Positions 28,584 through 38,906 of a stretch of DNA of 64,000 nucleotides are shown piece after piece. The stretch is taken from the NCBI GenBank assembly GCA_964593055.1, contig CAZQIG010000006.1, forward strand, positions 28,668 to 92,667, given 5' to 3'. The stretch is from an uncultured Erysipelotrichia bacterium. Lineage in GTDB: Bacteria > Bacillota_I > Bacilli_A > JBKEDG01. A program made the translations under genes and the position numbers. The notes under the pieces were generated by a model. It searched no databases and was not told the origin of the DNA. It saw nothing but the letters and a program-made list of their open reading frames with translations. The first letter of the stretch is position 1; each line of letters opens with the position of its first letter.

Positions 28584-30632
28584 ATGTTAAGAATATTACT
28601 AAAAGATGATTACAAAACGGATGTAAGGAACTATAAATTGTTCTTAAATCAAATTCGAGCATTATTTGATAAAAGTTTTGTATCGATGTTTAAGAAGAAA
28701 ACAATTATCACCTATGTGATTAATTGTAATAAAGATAATGAAATAGAATTTTATTTTGATGTTAATAATGAGGATAAGAAAGAGTATTTAAAAGGGTTTT
28801 TAAAAACTCTTTTTTTTGATACAGAAATTATTGATGTTGATTTTAAAGATGAGTTTAGATATAGTAATGCTATTTCAAAATATAAATATGCTAAAGAATA
28901 TCAGTTATTAGATTTTGATCACACTTTGACAAAATATATTTTGAATAGTATGAGTAAGAACACAGCAATTGTTTTAAAGTATTATGTTGACCAGGATGAT
29001 AGTTATTTTTTGAGTGTTAATGTTGCAACTGATTATGAAGAGAGTTTGCAAGGTATTAAAAATATCTGTAGTACTGTTCAACAGACGACTGCTGCTGATG
29101 AAAGTGTTAGAGGCAAGAAGATAAAGTTATATGTTAAATATAATAGTCATAAAAATAATTATATGAAGTTAAGTGTTGAGGAAATACTTAACTTTTTATT
29201 TATACCTTATGATATGAAAAAGATTGCTACAATTGATAAGTATCAAATAATTTCTACAAATGAGCAAGGAATAGTTGTTGGAAGATCATTGCATCCATTA
29301 TCAAAAGATAAAGAGTTCAAAATACCTTTTGAAGTTATGCGAAAGCATGGTTTTTTATCTGGTCAAACAGGTAGTGGTAAGAGTTCTCTATTTGAAATGA
29401 TAGTTAAATCCGTTATTCAATGTAAGAGTGATGGAACTAATGTAGGATTTACTTTATATGACCCTAAAGGTGCATCATGTGTAGGAGTAGTCAATGCTAT
29501 TGAATATTTTTGTAATAAGGGACTTATTAAGAATAGAAATGAGTTTTATAAGAAAGTTCGTTATATTGATTTGAATTTGAAAAATACTTTGTTTTCAATT
29601 AATTTAATTGATAAGTCAACAGATGTAACTTTTTTAATTGATTTTTTTAGAAATGTATTTAATTCTAGTGGTGTAAGATTAGAAAGATACATTACTTCAG
29701 CAGTTGGCTTATTACATGCTGATGAAGATATTCATTATGTTGATGATATTTTAAAGTTATTTGATGATGAAGAATATCGAAGAAAAATAGTTCATAGAAA
29801 TTTAAACAAACCACATGCTAAGAGATTTATTACTGTTTTTCGTGATGTTAGCTTTAAAGAAGAAGAAATTGCACCAATTAGAAATAGATTAGAACCTTTT
29901 ATGAATACTTATAAAAAGGAATTGATGTTTAATTCTGGCCATGATTTACATGAAGTTAGAAAATGGATGGATGAAGGGTACATTGTTATTTTTAATTTAA
30001 ATGGATTTTCTAAAAATGAGATTGAATTGATTATAGGTTATATTACATTACAATATCATTTAAAGGCTAAAAAGCGACCTAATGGTGCTAATAGTCATTA
30101 TATGTTTATAGAAGAGGCTCACAATGTTCAATTAGATATAACTGAAAAGATTATTGCTGAAGATCGTAGTCAAGGTTTACATATTTTCCCAATGACTCAA
30201 TTTTTAGAACAGTATAAGAAAAATCTATTAGAATCGATTACTGGAAATGTTGCTAGTAAGATTGTTTTACAACAAGGTAATAGTAGTAGTTCTCGTGCAG
30301 GTGCAATTGTTGGAGTAAAAGCTAATATTTTGGAAAATATGAAAAAATTTCACGCCTATGTAGTAAGTGAGAATGATGAAGGTGAAGTTGTAACTTCATA
30401 TGTGAAAATAGATCCTCCGTATCGTTATGATAAAAAAGGGAATATTCTAGATTATGATATTTCTGATAAAAAGAAGATGTTTGAGATTCAAAAACGAGAG
30501 GAAGAATTGCTATTAATTTTAAAAGATAATATGCGAAAAAATTATCCAATGAAAAATGTAGTAGTAAATAATGATTCTGTTTCAAATATAATAAATCTTG
30601 ATAATGATATTTTTGTAAAGGATGGTGATTAA
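28584..30632 (+). CDS. FtsK/VirD4-like P-loop ATPase (candidate type IV coupling protein)
   Basis: Walker A GQTGSGKS and Walker B-like FIEEAH are present. It sits next to the putative relaxase. No N-terminal TM helix is obvious, so a HerA/TraC-like role is an alternative. Confidence 0.45.
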   Translation: MLRILLKDDYKTDVRNYKLFLNQIRALFDKSFVSMFKKKTIITYVINCNKDNEIEFYFDVNNEDKKEYLKGFLKTLFFDTEIIDVDFKDEFRYSNAISKYKYAKEYQLLDFDHTLTKYILNSMSKNTAIVLKYYVDQDDSYFLSVNVATDYEESLQGIKNICSTVQQTTAADESVRGKKIKLYVKYNSHKNNYMKLSVEEILNFLFIPYDMKKIATIDKYQIISTNEQGIVVGRSLHPLSKDKEFKIPFEVMRKHGFLSGQTGSGKSSLFEMIVKSVIQCKSDGTNVGFTLYDPKGASCVGVVNAIEYFCNKGLIKNRNEFYKKVRYIDLNLKNTLFSINLIDKSTDVTFLIDFFRNVFNSSGVRLERYITSAVGLLHADEDIHYVDDILKLFDDEEYRRKIVHRNLNKPHAKRFITVFRDVSFKEEEIAPIRNRLEPFMNTYKKELMFNSGHDLHEVRKWMDEGYIVIFNLNGFSKNEIELIIGYITLQYHLKAKKRPNGANSHYMFIEEAHNVQLDITEKIIAEDRSQGLHIFPMTQFLEQYKKNLLESITGNVASKIVLQQGNSSSSRAGAIVGVKANILENMKKFHAYVVSENDEGEVVTSYVKIDPPYRYDKKGNILDYDISDKKKMFEIQKREEELLLILKDNMRKNYPMKNVVVNNDSVSNIINLDNDIFVKDGD

Positions 30633-31488
30633 AATGGATATTAGGAATGTACCTATTATCTCAAATAGAGATAAACTGCTTTTTGAATATCTGAACGTTT
30701 TTAAATTATTAGATATCAATTTTGTGAAAAAACATATTTACAATCATCGTTCACAAACATATGTGTACTCCAGGATCAAACAATTAGAGTATCATGGTTA
30801 TATTAAATCAATTATATTATTTGAATTGAATAGTAGTAAAAATAATACTAATCAAAAGAAGATTATCTTTAATTCAAAGAATGCCGAAGAATTTTTAGAG
30901 TTTCACCTCTTTCATACAAATAAGGTTAATAATATTAGTAATCAAATTATTAATCACCAATTATTTTTAGCACATTCTTTAGTTTATTTTTATGATGAAG
31001 AGATTAGTGTTGCTAGTAATACTAATGTTCAAGTAGAAAGATTAGTTAGTGAAAATGAATTATCTTTAGCAAGAAAGGATTATTTAAGACCAGATGGGGG
31101 AGTTATTTTTTCCATCAATGATCAAAATATTTTAGTATTTGTAGAAGCAGAAAGAAGTTATGCTAAATTATCGGATGTTAGTAGGAAATTAGTTGATCAA
31201 TATGGAAATATTTTCAAGTATGCTAGTAAACTTAAAGTAGTTGAAGAAGAAGATATAAAAGCTTTAAGAATTATGTTTGTTAGTGAAAATAGAAATAAGA
31301 TGATGAATATTATTGAGAAAACAAATAATGTTATGAAAAGAAGAAAAGATTTTAGTTTAAGTAAAAACATTATTTTTACTTGTACTGAAGACATTGAAAA
31401 AATTATGAGAACTAATGGTAAAATATTATCGTTGTTATACTATACATTAAGTGGTTATCAAGTTAAGATCTATGAACCGATTGATTAA
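30622..31488 (+). CDS. Replication-relaxation (Replic_Relax) family protein, putative relaxase
   Basis: The N-terminal winged-helix block (ISNRDKLLFEYLNVFKLLDINFVKKHIY...YVYSRIKQLEYHGYI) is typical of Replic_Relax proteins. It is coupled to the ATPase gene. Confidence 0.4.
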   Translation: MVIKMDIRNVPIISNRDKLLFEYLNVFKLLDINFVKKHIYNHRSQTYVYSRIKQLEYHGYIKSIILFELNSSKNNTNQKKIIFNSKNAEEFLEFHLFHTNKVNNISNQIINHQLFLAHSLVYFYDEEISVASNTNVQVERLVSENELSLARKDYLRPDGGVIFSINDQNILVFVEAERSYAKLSDVSRKLVDQYGNIFKYASKLKVVEEEDIKALRIMFVSENRNKMMNIIEKTNNVMKRRKDFSLSKNIIFTCTEDIEKIMRTNGKILSLLYYTLSGYQVKIYEPID

Positions 31489-31685
31489 AATATAGGGGTG
31501 TAATTCAAGTAATAATTCGTGTATCTTTTCAAAGAAATGTAAAAGTAACTGAATTACACCTCAAAGATTAATAATAAATACTACTATATAACATTTTAAA
31601 TATTAAGATAATATCAAAAAAAACTTATTCATTCATTTATAAAATAACAACCTTTGTCTTTATCTTCTAAATTATTGAATAAGCA

Positions 31686-31757
31686 GTAACTAAATAACTA
31701 TACACGCATTAGTTACAAAATGGTTACAATGTAACTAAAATGTATTTATAATGTAAC
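31686..31757. repeat. GTAAC repeat cluster (candidate oriT or operator)
   Basis: GTAACTAA at 31686 pairs with TTAGTTAC at 31709 as an inverted repeat. GTTACAaTGTAAC at 31723 is a palindrome. AATGTAAC is repeated at 31750. Confidence 0.3.
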
Positions 31758-31871
31758 GAGGAAGATTTTGATTAAGTTTGCTGAATTAGTAAGTATTGTT
31801 CTAAGATATAAAAATATGTTATTATAAATGTATACAATGCGCTTATAAAATTAATAGTAGGGGGAATTCTA

Positions 31872-33338
31872 GTGGATGAAATGATTAATAGTGTAATGAT
31901 TTATAAAATTTGCGGAAGAGATTTAAACGATATTGAGGATATTTTACGTCGAGACAACTACGAAAAAACAGATTATGAATTCAATATCGAGGGTAATGAT
32001 TTATATATTTATCAAAAGCATATTACTCAACAAAATGATTATGCATTACCTTTTTTAAGTAATAATGTTAGTATTAAAAGGTATGTTTATATTATTTTGA
32101 TTCCAGATTTAGATAATGATAAAAACTTCTACTGGTTTAGAAGAGGGAGTGATAGGTCAAGGATAGATAGTTTTAAAAATAGCAATTTTGCATTTCATTA
32201 TCTTGCAAACTGTAGAGATCATGGAGAATATAATGTAGTAAGTAGTGGCAAAATAGAGTTTTCAACATTTTCGGGAGAATCTAGAACTTCTATTATCAAA
32301 GATAAAGATATGACTAAATTAAGTGATATTAAAAGTGAATTAAATACGTATAAAGAAAGTATAGATGATTTAGTATTGAAGGTGAAAAAAAATTCACAAA
32401 TATATGATGACTTGTGTATGGATAAAACTAGAGAAGTAAGAATTTCAAATGGAATAAAGGTCTATTTAGATATGAGTTCTGATGAATGTTTTAGAAAAGC
32501 TTTTAAAATCTGTAAAAATATTTCCAAGAGGCAAAGAAATGGTGAGAAAACAAACGTGTTTAGAAAAATTAGAAAATCAAATGTTGTTATTGATAGTGAA
32601 ATAAAGGTGATTAATTTGTTTGAACTCAAGAAATCGAGTGATTTAGATATAGAGTATGTTGAGAATTCTGCAAATATTTCAAGTGATAAAAATTATTTTG
32701 GTATTTTTTCAAAAGATGACATTTACTATTACATTAATATAAAGCAAGAAAAATATAAGATGGATTTTAATGAAGAAAAGCTTTCAGAAAAACTCAATAC
32801 GGAAGAGGAAAAAAGAATTTTAGAGTTGTTAAATGTGAATGAATACAAAAACGAAGCAGATTACATAGGTAAAATAAAAAATGTCAATAATGAGGATTGT
32901 TTGGTTCATGTTTTTCATCCTAAACACTATTGTCATACTAGCAAATCAAAATTTGAGTTGTGTGATGTATTATTATATGATAAGTCAAATGATAATTTAT
33001 ATTTAATTTTTATCAAGTATGAATTTTTAGCAAAAAGTTCTGAGGTTTTTTGGCAATCAACATTTGTCAAAGAATTTATATTAAAAGATAAACTAAGTCA
33101 AGATAAATTAGAGCGTTATTATGATAATGCTGGGTTTCGTTATTCTGATTATCGAAAAAAACTTTTTTTAGACAAAGCAAACTTTGTTAATATAATATTG
33201 CCTAGAGGTAACAACAGGAGTACAGATAATTTAGATCATGTCTATACATTAATTAAGCATATCGAAGGTAGAGAAAGACTTAAAATCATAGTTCCTGAGA
33301 CTACAAGTAATGGGAATAGCACAAGGATTGAAATTTAA
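31872..33338 (+). CDS. Hypothetical 488-aa protein
   Basis: A long ORF with a GGGGAA RBS. I recognise no motif. Confidence 0.4.
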   Translation: MDEMINSVMIYKICGRDLNDIEDILRRDNYEKTDYEFNIEGNDLYIYQKHITQQNDYALPFLSNNVSIKRYVYIILIPDLDNDKNFYWFRRGSDRSRIDSFKNSNFAFHYLANCRDHGEYNVVSSGKIEFSTFSGESRTSIIKDKDMTKLSDIKSELNTYKESIDDLVLKVKKNSQIYDDLCMDKTREVRISNGIKVYLDMSSDECFRKAFKICKNISKRQRNGEKTNVFRKIRKSNVVIDSEIKVINLFELKKSSDLDIEYVENSANISSDKNYFGIFSKDDIYYYINIKQEKYKMDFNEEKLSEKLNTEEEKRILELLNVNEYKNEADYIGKIKNVNNEDCLVHVFHPKHYCHTSKSKFELCDVLLYDKSNDNLYLIFIKYEFLAKSSEVFWQSTFVKEFILKDKLSQDKLERYYDNAGFRYSDYRKKLFLDKANFVNIILPRGNNRSTDNLDHVYTLIKHIEGRERLKIIVPETTSNGNSTRIEI

Positions 33339-33395
33339 GATAATTGCAACAATTTTTATTATTGAAACAAAAAATACTAATAAGGGGGAGTTAGA

Positions 33396-33818
33396 ATGAG
33401 AAAGAATATTCTTTTAGTTTTAATGTTTTTCATAACTATAAATTTGGTAGGATGCTTTAAATCAAATATTAAAGAAGAAGATGTAAAAAAAGAAATTGAG
33501 AATCAATTACAGCTAGAAAACATTGAATACGAATATAAAGAATTTGGTGATTTAAATTTCGAGTATTGGATTAGAGCATTTGCTGAGGAAAATGTTTCAT
33601 TAAGATATGAAGATTTTAATAGTGGTGGTTCATATGAAATGAATGAAGGAATTATATTTTATCTTGAAATAAATGATGATGATACACTAGCTCAAATGGA
33701 AGAAGCTTATTCTAAGTTTGAGTATGATCATCCAATGTGTTATAAAGATAGCTTTGCTGTTTATGTACAAGAGGGTGACTTCAGTAAATTAGTGGAAGAG
33801 TTATGTGATAATCTTTAA
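33396..33818 (+). CDS. Lipoprotein
   Basis: Signal peptide with the lipobox LVGC. Confidence 0.5.
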   Translation: MRKNILLVLMFFITINLVGCFKSNIKEEDVKKEIENQLQLENIEYEYKEFGDLNFEYWIRAFAEENVSLRYEDFNSGGSYEMNEGIIFYLEINDDDTLAQMEEAYSKFEYDHPMCYKDSFAVYVQEGDFSKLVEELCDNL

Positions 33819-33860
33819 AATAATACTTTTTAAGTAGCGATGATTTATATTTTAGAAAGT

Positions 33861-33887
33861 GTACTAGCGAAAGCTAGTACTTTTTTA
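33861..33887 (+). terminator. Intrinsic terminator
   Basis: GTACTAGC-gaaa-GCTAGTAC followed by TTTTTT. Confidence 0.5.
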
Positions 33888-34002
33888 TTGCAAAAATATA
33901 GCAATAAATTACCTAATCTTCTTTAGAAAACTTATAAATGTTAAACTATGTAAACTAATATATTGTACGAATATAAACATTATAGAAGTAAGAGGTGGAT
34001 TC

Positions 34003-35163
34003 ATGAAATTAAAAAAAGTTGCTGCATATGTAAGAGTATCAACAAATGAACAAGCTAAAAAAGGCTTTTCTATCGAAGGACAAAAAAGAGATATTGTTGA
34101 TTATTGTAATTATAAGCTTAAAGAGGGGTATAATATAGATTTTTTTGTAGATGAAGGAAAAAGTGCAAAAACTATGAATCGTAAGTCTTTAAAACAACTT
34201 ATGAATGAAGTTAATAATTATGATTATGTAGTTGCATGGAAAATTGATCGTATTGGTCGTGGAGTACTAAATAATGAAATATTTAGAAAAGAGGTTACTG
34301 GTAGAGGTGCTTGTTTATTGTTTGTATTAGACAATATTGATTTATCGACAGATTCAGGAGTTATGCAGTATCAAATTATATCAGCTGTAAGTGAAAATGA
34401 AATTGCAAACACAAGTACCAGGACAAAAATGGGATTGCTTCAAAAAGCACGTAAAGGTGAATATCCATATGGGAATAAGCCTCCAATTGGTTTTTCTAAA
34501 GATAAACATCATCGACTATATTACAATAATGAAATAGAAATAATTAGAGAACTTTATGACTTGTATGTTAACTACGGTTATAGTTTTGAGTTTATAGCCT
34601 ATTTATTTAGAGATAAGTATCCACAGTACAAGTGGGGGAAAAATTACCCTTGTGAATTATTGAAAAAAACAATTTATAGAGGATATTTAGAAGTGCAGGG
34701 AGAAAGGTTTGATTTGGTTGATCCTTTTTTTAGTGAAGAAGAAATTGAAAAACTAAAGTTTTTAGAAAATAGGAGTAGAGTTATAACTGATAACTTCTAT
34801 AAATATAAAGGTCTTATTTTTTATAAAAATCAAGAGATGTGTGCTTATACTAAAAATAAAAAAATGAAAGACGGCAAGATGAAAAAGTATGTTTATTATT
34901 ATGTTCGAATTAATGGTAAGAAAGTTATAAACATAGCTGAGAGTGTTATTGATAAAGAGGTATTTAAATATGAAAGAAGTGTTTTTCAAAGTAATATTGA
35001 TGCTAGACAAAAATTAATAAATAATTTAGAAATATTACTAAAACAAGGAAGGATTACCAATAAAAAGTATGATTATTTAGTGTCTCAAAAATCACATCGA
35101 CATTTTTCCATATCAAGAATAAATGTGATGGATAAAAATAGGATAATTATTGATTGGACTTAA
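34003..35163 (+). CDS. Large serine recombinase (integrase), a short 386-aa version
   Basis: The N-terminal resolvase catalytic domain has the AAYVRVSTNEQ nucleophile motif. A recombinase domain follows (YPYGNKPPIGF...KTIYRGY), with a degenerate zinc-ribbon region. Confidence 0.75.
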   Translation: MKLKKVAAYVRVSTNEQAKKGFSIEGQKRDIVDYCNYKLKEGYNIDFFVDEGKSAKTMNRKSLKQLMNEVNNYDYVVAWKIDRIGRGVLNNEIFRKEVTGRGACLLFVLDNIDLSTDSGVMQYQIISAVSENEIANTSTRTKMGLLQKARKGEYPYGNKPPIGFSKDKHHRLYYNNEIEIIRELYDLYVNYGYSFEFIAYLFRDKYPQYKWGKNYPCELLKKTIYRGYLEVQGERFDLVDPFFSEEEIEKLKFLENRSRVITDNFYKYKGLIFYKNQEMCAYTKNKKMKDGKMKKYVYYYVRINGKKVINIAESVIDKEVFKYERSVFQSNIDARQKLINNLEILLKQGRITNKKYDYLVSQKSHRHFSISRINVMDKNRIIIDWT

Positions 35164-35292
35164 CATATATTTATAATTTTATAAAAGTATTTAAAAACAG
35201 CTACACTTGGATATAGATAATTATTTTGATATAATATATTTGAGATGTATTGTAACTAATTGTAAAAAAGTTTTTTTAGAGGGGTGTTTTAA

Positions 35293-38200
35293 TTGAGTAT
35301 ATTTCATATAAAAGATTGCGTTATTGAAGATTTTGATTCAAAAGATTTTTTTAGTGGTAAAAAATATTCTAATACTTTGGCAAAAGCTATTGAAAATGAT
35401 GAAATAACATCAATTGCAGTATATGGTAAATGGGGAGTTGGAAAAACTACAATTGTAAGAAATGCATTAATTAATCAGAAAAAATATTCCGACAAGAATA
35501 TAGTTACTTATAATGCTTGGAAGTACAGTAAACATGATTTTATGCGTGATTTTTTGATTGAATGCTCAAAAAGAATTGAAGGTGAAGAAAAAGCAGCTAC
35601 TAGAGAAGAAAGATACTATTCTAATCAAGTAGATCAAATAGAAGCACAAAGCTTATTTGATAGTTCATTGGGAGTATGGATAAGAAAGAATTGGAAGTCC
35701 TTGAGTATATTTGTGGTTATTTATGTTATTGTAGTTGTTGCAACAATAGTAATTAATAACTATAAACCCAATTTGTATAGGGTTGGTGATATTCTTATTC
35801 CGCTAACAACAATTTTCTTTTCGTTGCTTATACCTGTCATAATCGCTAAGACAATTACTGTAAAAGCTGTGGATAAGATTTTTTCACCAGAACAATTTGA
35901 AAGACAGTTTAAAGAAATAATAGGTAAAAAAGAAGTCTTAATATTTATTGATGATATTGATAGATGTGAAGTAGACGATATGAAAACAACATTAGATACA
36001 ATTAAAACTTTTATTATTGATAATGAAAAACATAGTAGTAATGTAAAATTTATTATATCTATCGATCCAAATGTCATGTTGCCAAAATTAAAAAATACAT
36101 CAAGCGATTATTTTTTCAAAATATTTAATCATGTACTTTTAATAAAAAATTATGTAAATGTAGATTATGAAAAAATGAGAAAAGAAATTTTGAGTATGAT
36201 TAAGCAGTCAGAATATAAGTCGGTTGTTGATGATGGTTTAAAACTGGCGATTAATTATTATATTGATACACCTAGAAAATTAAAAATGTTTGCCAATGAG
36301 TTTATTAATGAGTTATATAATTATAAAATCGATGATATTAAAAGTTTTGGTGAATCATTCGCAAAAATTATTATTCTGAAAAATGAATATCCGGAGTTTT
36401 ACGATTGTTTATCAAAAAACTATAATAGAAATATAAAAAAAATGAATGACCAAATTGAAGATTATGAACGAGAAAGAAATCAAGAAGAGATATCCTTACC
36501 ATATTCTGAAGGGCTATTAAAATTTTTAAGTGAAACAAAAGATGTATCTTTGGAATGTTTTTCACTATACGCTTTAGGTATTAGTTATAGTCAATATATG
36601 CTTCAGGAATTTATTAAGAATCCAATCCCAAAAAATGCAATTGATAAGAAATCATCAGTTGATTTTGAATCAAACTTCTCTTTAATAAAAAAATCAATAA
36701 GAGATAATATAGTATACCCACTATCAGTTCGTAAGGAATATCAACCAGGGGATAGATTTACAAAGGTGATATTTTTATTGACAGAACTTGAAGATAAACT
36801 AAGTGAGGATAGTTTGAAATTGATTAAAGCGGAAATAATCAAAGTGTGGGATGAATTATTTAGAGATGAAAAATTGTTTCGTGAGATAGAAGATGATGAA
36901 GAATATTTTGAAGTTGTAGATTTTAGTTTTTTAAATGATACTATAAGAGAATATATGCTTAAACTTTTAGAAAAAAATTCTAATATTATTAATGATGCTA
37001 TTGTAAATAAGATATTAAGTTCTATTGATTCTTCAGAGAAAAAATCTATAGGATTTGATTTGAACTTCTTTTCATTTATTGATTTTTTTAAAAAACAAGA
37101 TGAACTTACTGAAAAAGCATTTATAAATATTATAAATAGTGCTATGAAAGATAACTTTGTGGTGTGTTTCAAACGCTTATCTTATTTATTTAGTAATGGA
37201 AATAAGTGTAATGAAAAGACATATGTGAAGAAGGTATTTGATAATTTAGGTGACGAAAAATTAGATGAAGAATATAAAAGTATTTCTACAAAATATATTG
37301 CAAATAGATATTCTGATGATAGGGGTCAAAATAATTTGATAATGGGATTAAACTCTATTTTTCCTCTTAAGGATGAAGATACTATTAACGAGTATATGTT
37401 TATTTTTGAGGTAATTGAGCGAATTATTCGTGTAAATACCTCAGATTATGAAAAAATAAAAGAATTAATATTAAATTTAATTGATTATTTTGATGTAGAC
37501 GAAACAATTGATAAATTGATTGTTAAAATACTTTTATCAGTAAAGTATTCGAAGAATTTTGATTCAAGTGATTATGAAGGTGTATTGAATCAAGTAGCTG
37601 ATAAATTTAATACTGCAAATTACGGAAGTGCTACTTTGAGCCGATACATTTCTCAATTAAATGAAGCAGAATTTAATAATTTTTTAAACTATAGTATAGA
37701 AGAGCACTATTATAATAATAGTAATATTATTTCTCAAAACAAAGGAATATTTGTTAATTTTCTAAAAGACAAAAATGTATTTTGTACATTAGCTAAGACT
37801 ATTGACAAAAATGAAGGTAGCATTACTTCTGATTTGATTGAAGATTATGGGTTTAGTTTAAAGTTTCATATTGATTCAATTAAATATTTAATAAGTACAG
37901 ATGTTGTTGGATACATTTATTTGCTTTCACCTTTTAGTTTTGGTGATATTAAGGATGTTAAATTAAACATTAGTGAAAATAATTATAATCAAATTGATTT
38001 TTCGCTCATAAAAGGCGATGCATTGTGGAAAAAAATAAAAGAAATTTACAAAAAGATTTCAGAAGAAATGTATAGTGATATCAAAGCCAATGAAGGTTCT
38101 GATATAAACATATTCCATGGATCTGTAAATAAATATATTGAATTTATAAAATTTTACTACAATAAACTGAATGTTGAAAATAAAAAAATTGATCACAGAT

Positions 38201-38382
38201 TATTATGGAAACATTTATTAGAAATTGAGGGAATTTATCGTATTAAAGGTGACATTAATCTGTATAAAAGGTATTTACAAGAAGACCAAGAATTTAGAAA
38301 TGTAATTAAAAATGGAAACTATAAAAAAAATCTAAATAAAAGTTCACTTAAAGAAACAATAAAATATTTAATTAATGATTAA
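35293..38382 (+). CDS. KAP-family P-loop NTPase (1029 aa)
   Basis: Walker A is IAVYGKWGVGKTT. Two TM helices are inserted in the P-loop domain, between the Walker A and Walker B motifs. The KAP signature FIDDIDRCE (DDxDRC) follows. Confidence 0.7.
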   Translation: MSIFHIKDCVIEDFDSKDFFSGKKYSNTLAKAIENDEITSIAVYGKWGVGKTTIVRNALINQKKYSDKNIVTYNAWKYSKHDFMRDFLIECSKRIEGEEKAATREERYYSNQVDQIEAQSLFDSSLGVWIRKNWKSLSIFVVIYVIVVVATIVINNYKPNLYRVGDILIPLTTIFFSLLIPVIIAKTITVKAVDKIFSPEQFERQFKEIIGKKEVLIFIDDIDRCEVDDMKTTLDTIKTFIIDNEKHSSNVKFIISIDPNVMLPKLKNTSSDYFFKIFNHVLLIKNYVNVDYEKMRKEILSMIKQSEYKSVVDDGLKLAINYYIDTPRKLKMFANEFINELYNYKIDDIKSFGESFAKIIILKNEYPEFYDCLSKNYNRNIKKMNDQIEDYERERNQEEISLPYSEGLLKFLSETKDVSLECFSLYALGISYSQYMLQEFIKNPIPKNAIDKKSSVDFESNFSLIKKSIRDNIVYPLSVRKEYQPGDRFTKVIFLLTELEDKLSEDSLKLIKAEIIKVWDELFRDEKLFREIEDDEEYFEVVDFSFLNDTIREYMLKLLEKNSNIINDAIVNKILSSIDSSEKKSIGFDLNFFSFIDFFKKQDELTEKAFINIINSAMKDNFVVCFKRLSYLFSNGNKCNEKTYVKKVFDNLGDEKLDEEYKSISTKYIANRYSDDRGQNNLIMGLNSIFPLKDEDTINEYMFIFEVIERIIRVNTSDYEKIKELILNLIDYFDVDETIDKLIVKILLSVKYSKNFDSSDYEGVLNQVADKFNTANYGSATLSRYISQLNEAEFNNFLNYSIEEHYYNNSNIISQNKGIFVNFLKDKNVFCTLAKTIDKNEGSITSDLIEDYGFSLKFHIDSIKYLISTDVVGYIYLLSPFSFGDIKDVKLNISENNYNQIDFSLIKGDALWKKIKEIYKKISEEMYSDIKANEGSDINIFHGSVNKYIEFIKFYYNKLNVENKKIDHRLLWKHLLEIEGIYRIKGDINLYKRYLQEDQEFRNVIKNGNYKKNLNKSSLKETIKYLIND

Positions 38383-38449
38383 TGAATTTTTAGACTAAAG
38401 AGGTATAATAACAGGTATAAAATAATTTTTCAAATTTCTATTTGTTATT

Positions 38450-38461
38450 AAAAAGTTCGAC
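38450..38461. repeat. AAAAAGTTCGAC half-site, recurring about 100 nt upstream of each small-RNA promoter
   Basis: Full palindromes of the same word occur at 45049..45076 and 56502..56530. A half-site occurs at 51155..51168. Confidence 0.3.
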
Positions 38462-38530
38462 ACTTAAATTTAATTAATAGAATATATTTATTGTTGAAAT
38501 AGCTAAATTATAACTACTTATATAAAAAAC

Positions 38531-38665
38531 TTGCAATAGTTTTCGGGATATGATATCATCAAGTTAATGAATAACACGTCAAGCGTGTCTATTTATTAAA
38601 AAATCCACAATACGCTACCAGTTTGCCTATCTATAGTTCGTAGTTAGTCAACGTGACTGGTACCA
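38531..38665 (+). ncRNA. Copy A of the conserved promoter plus structured small RNA / leader; its 3' terminator is replaced by the inserted element
   Basis: TTGCAA, then 17 nt, then TATCAT, then ATG exactly 8 nt later (MNNTSSVSIY, then stop). A hairpin ACACG/CGTGT follows, then CCAGT...ACTGG around an inner 7-bp stem, ending ...ACTGGTACCA at 38665. Confidence 0.45.
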
Positions 38666-38906
38666 TTTATTTTTGAACTAGCCCCAATAATTGGAGAAAA
38701 GTTCAAACATAATTAAATTATAATCAGGTAAGTTGTAAACAACTCAATCCTGTCAACGGAGGCTTCACCGCCCTCGTCAGTTGGGACGCCAGAGCCGAAG
38801 ACTGGCCGACCCAAGGTCAAAGTGGATTTTTTAATAAAGGTGATAGACACGAGAATGTTATTCTCGTGTCTTTTTGCGTTCATTAATAATTTAGGAGGGT
38901 GAATAA
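38666..38906 (+). promoter_or_regulatory. Second copy of the 241-bp leader (identical to 9758..9998), including the attenuator terminator at 38846..38876
   Basis: The copy is base-for-base identical by eye. The spacing to the downstream start codon (241 nt) is also identical. Confidence 0.5.

Noticed and set aside
38620-38665. 3' hairpin of the small RNA ending GGTACCA, considered as a tRNA or tRNA fragment
   Set aside because: No cloverleaf can be drawn. There is no D-arm or anticodon arm. Only a T-arm-like hairpin and an ACCA end are present.
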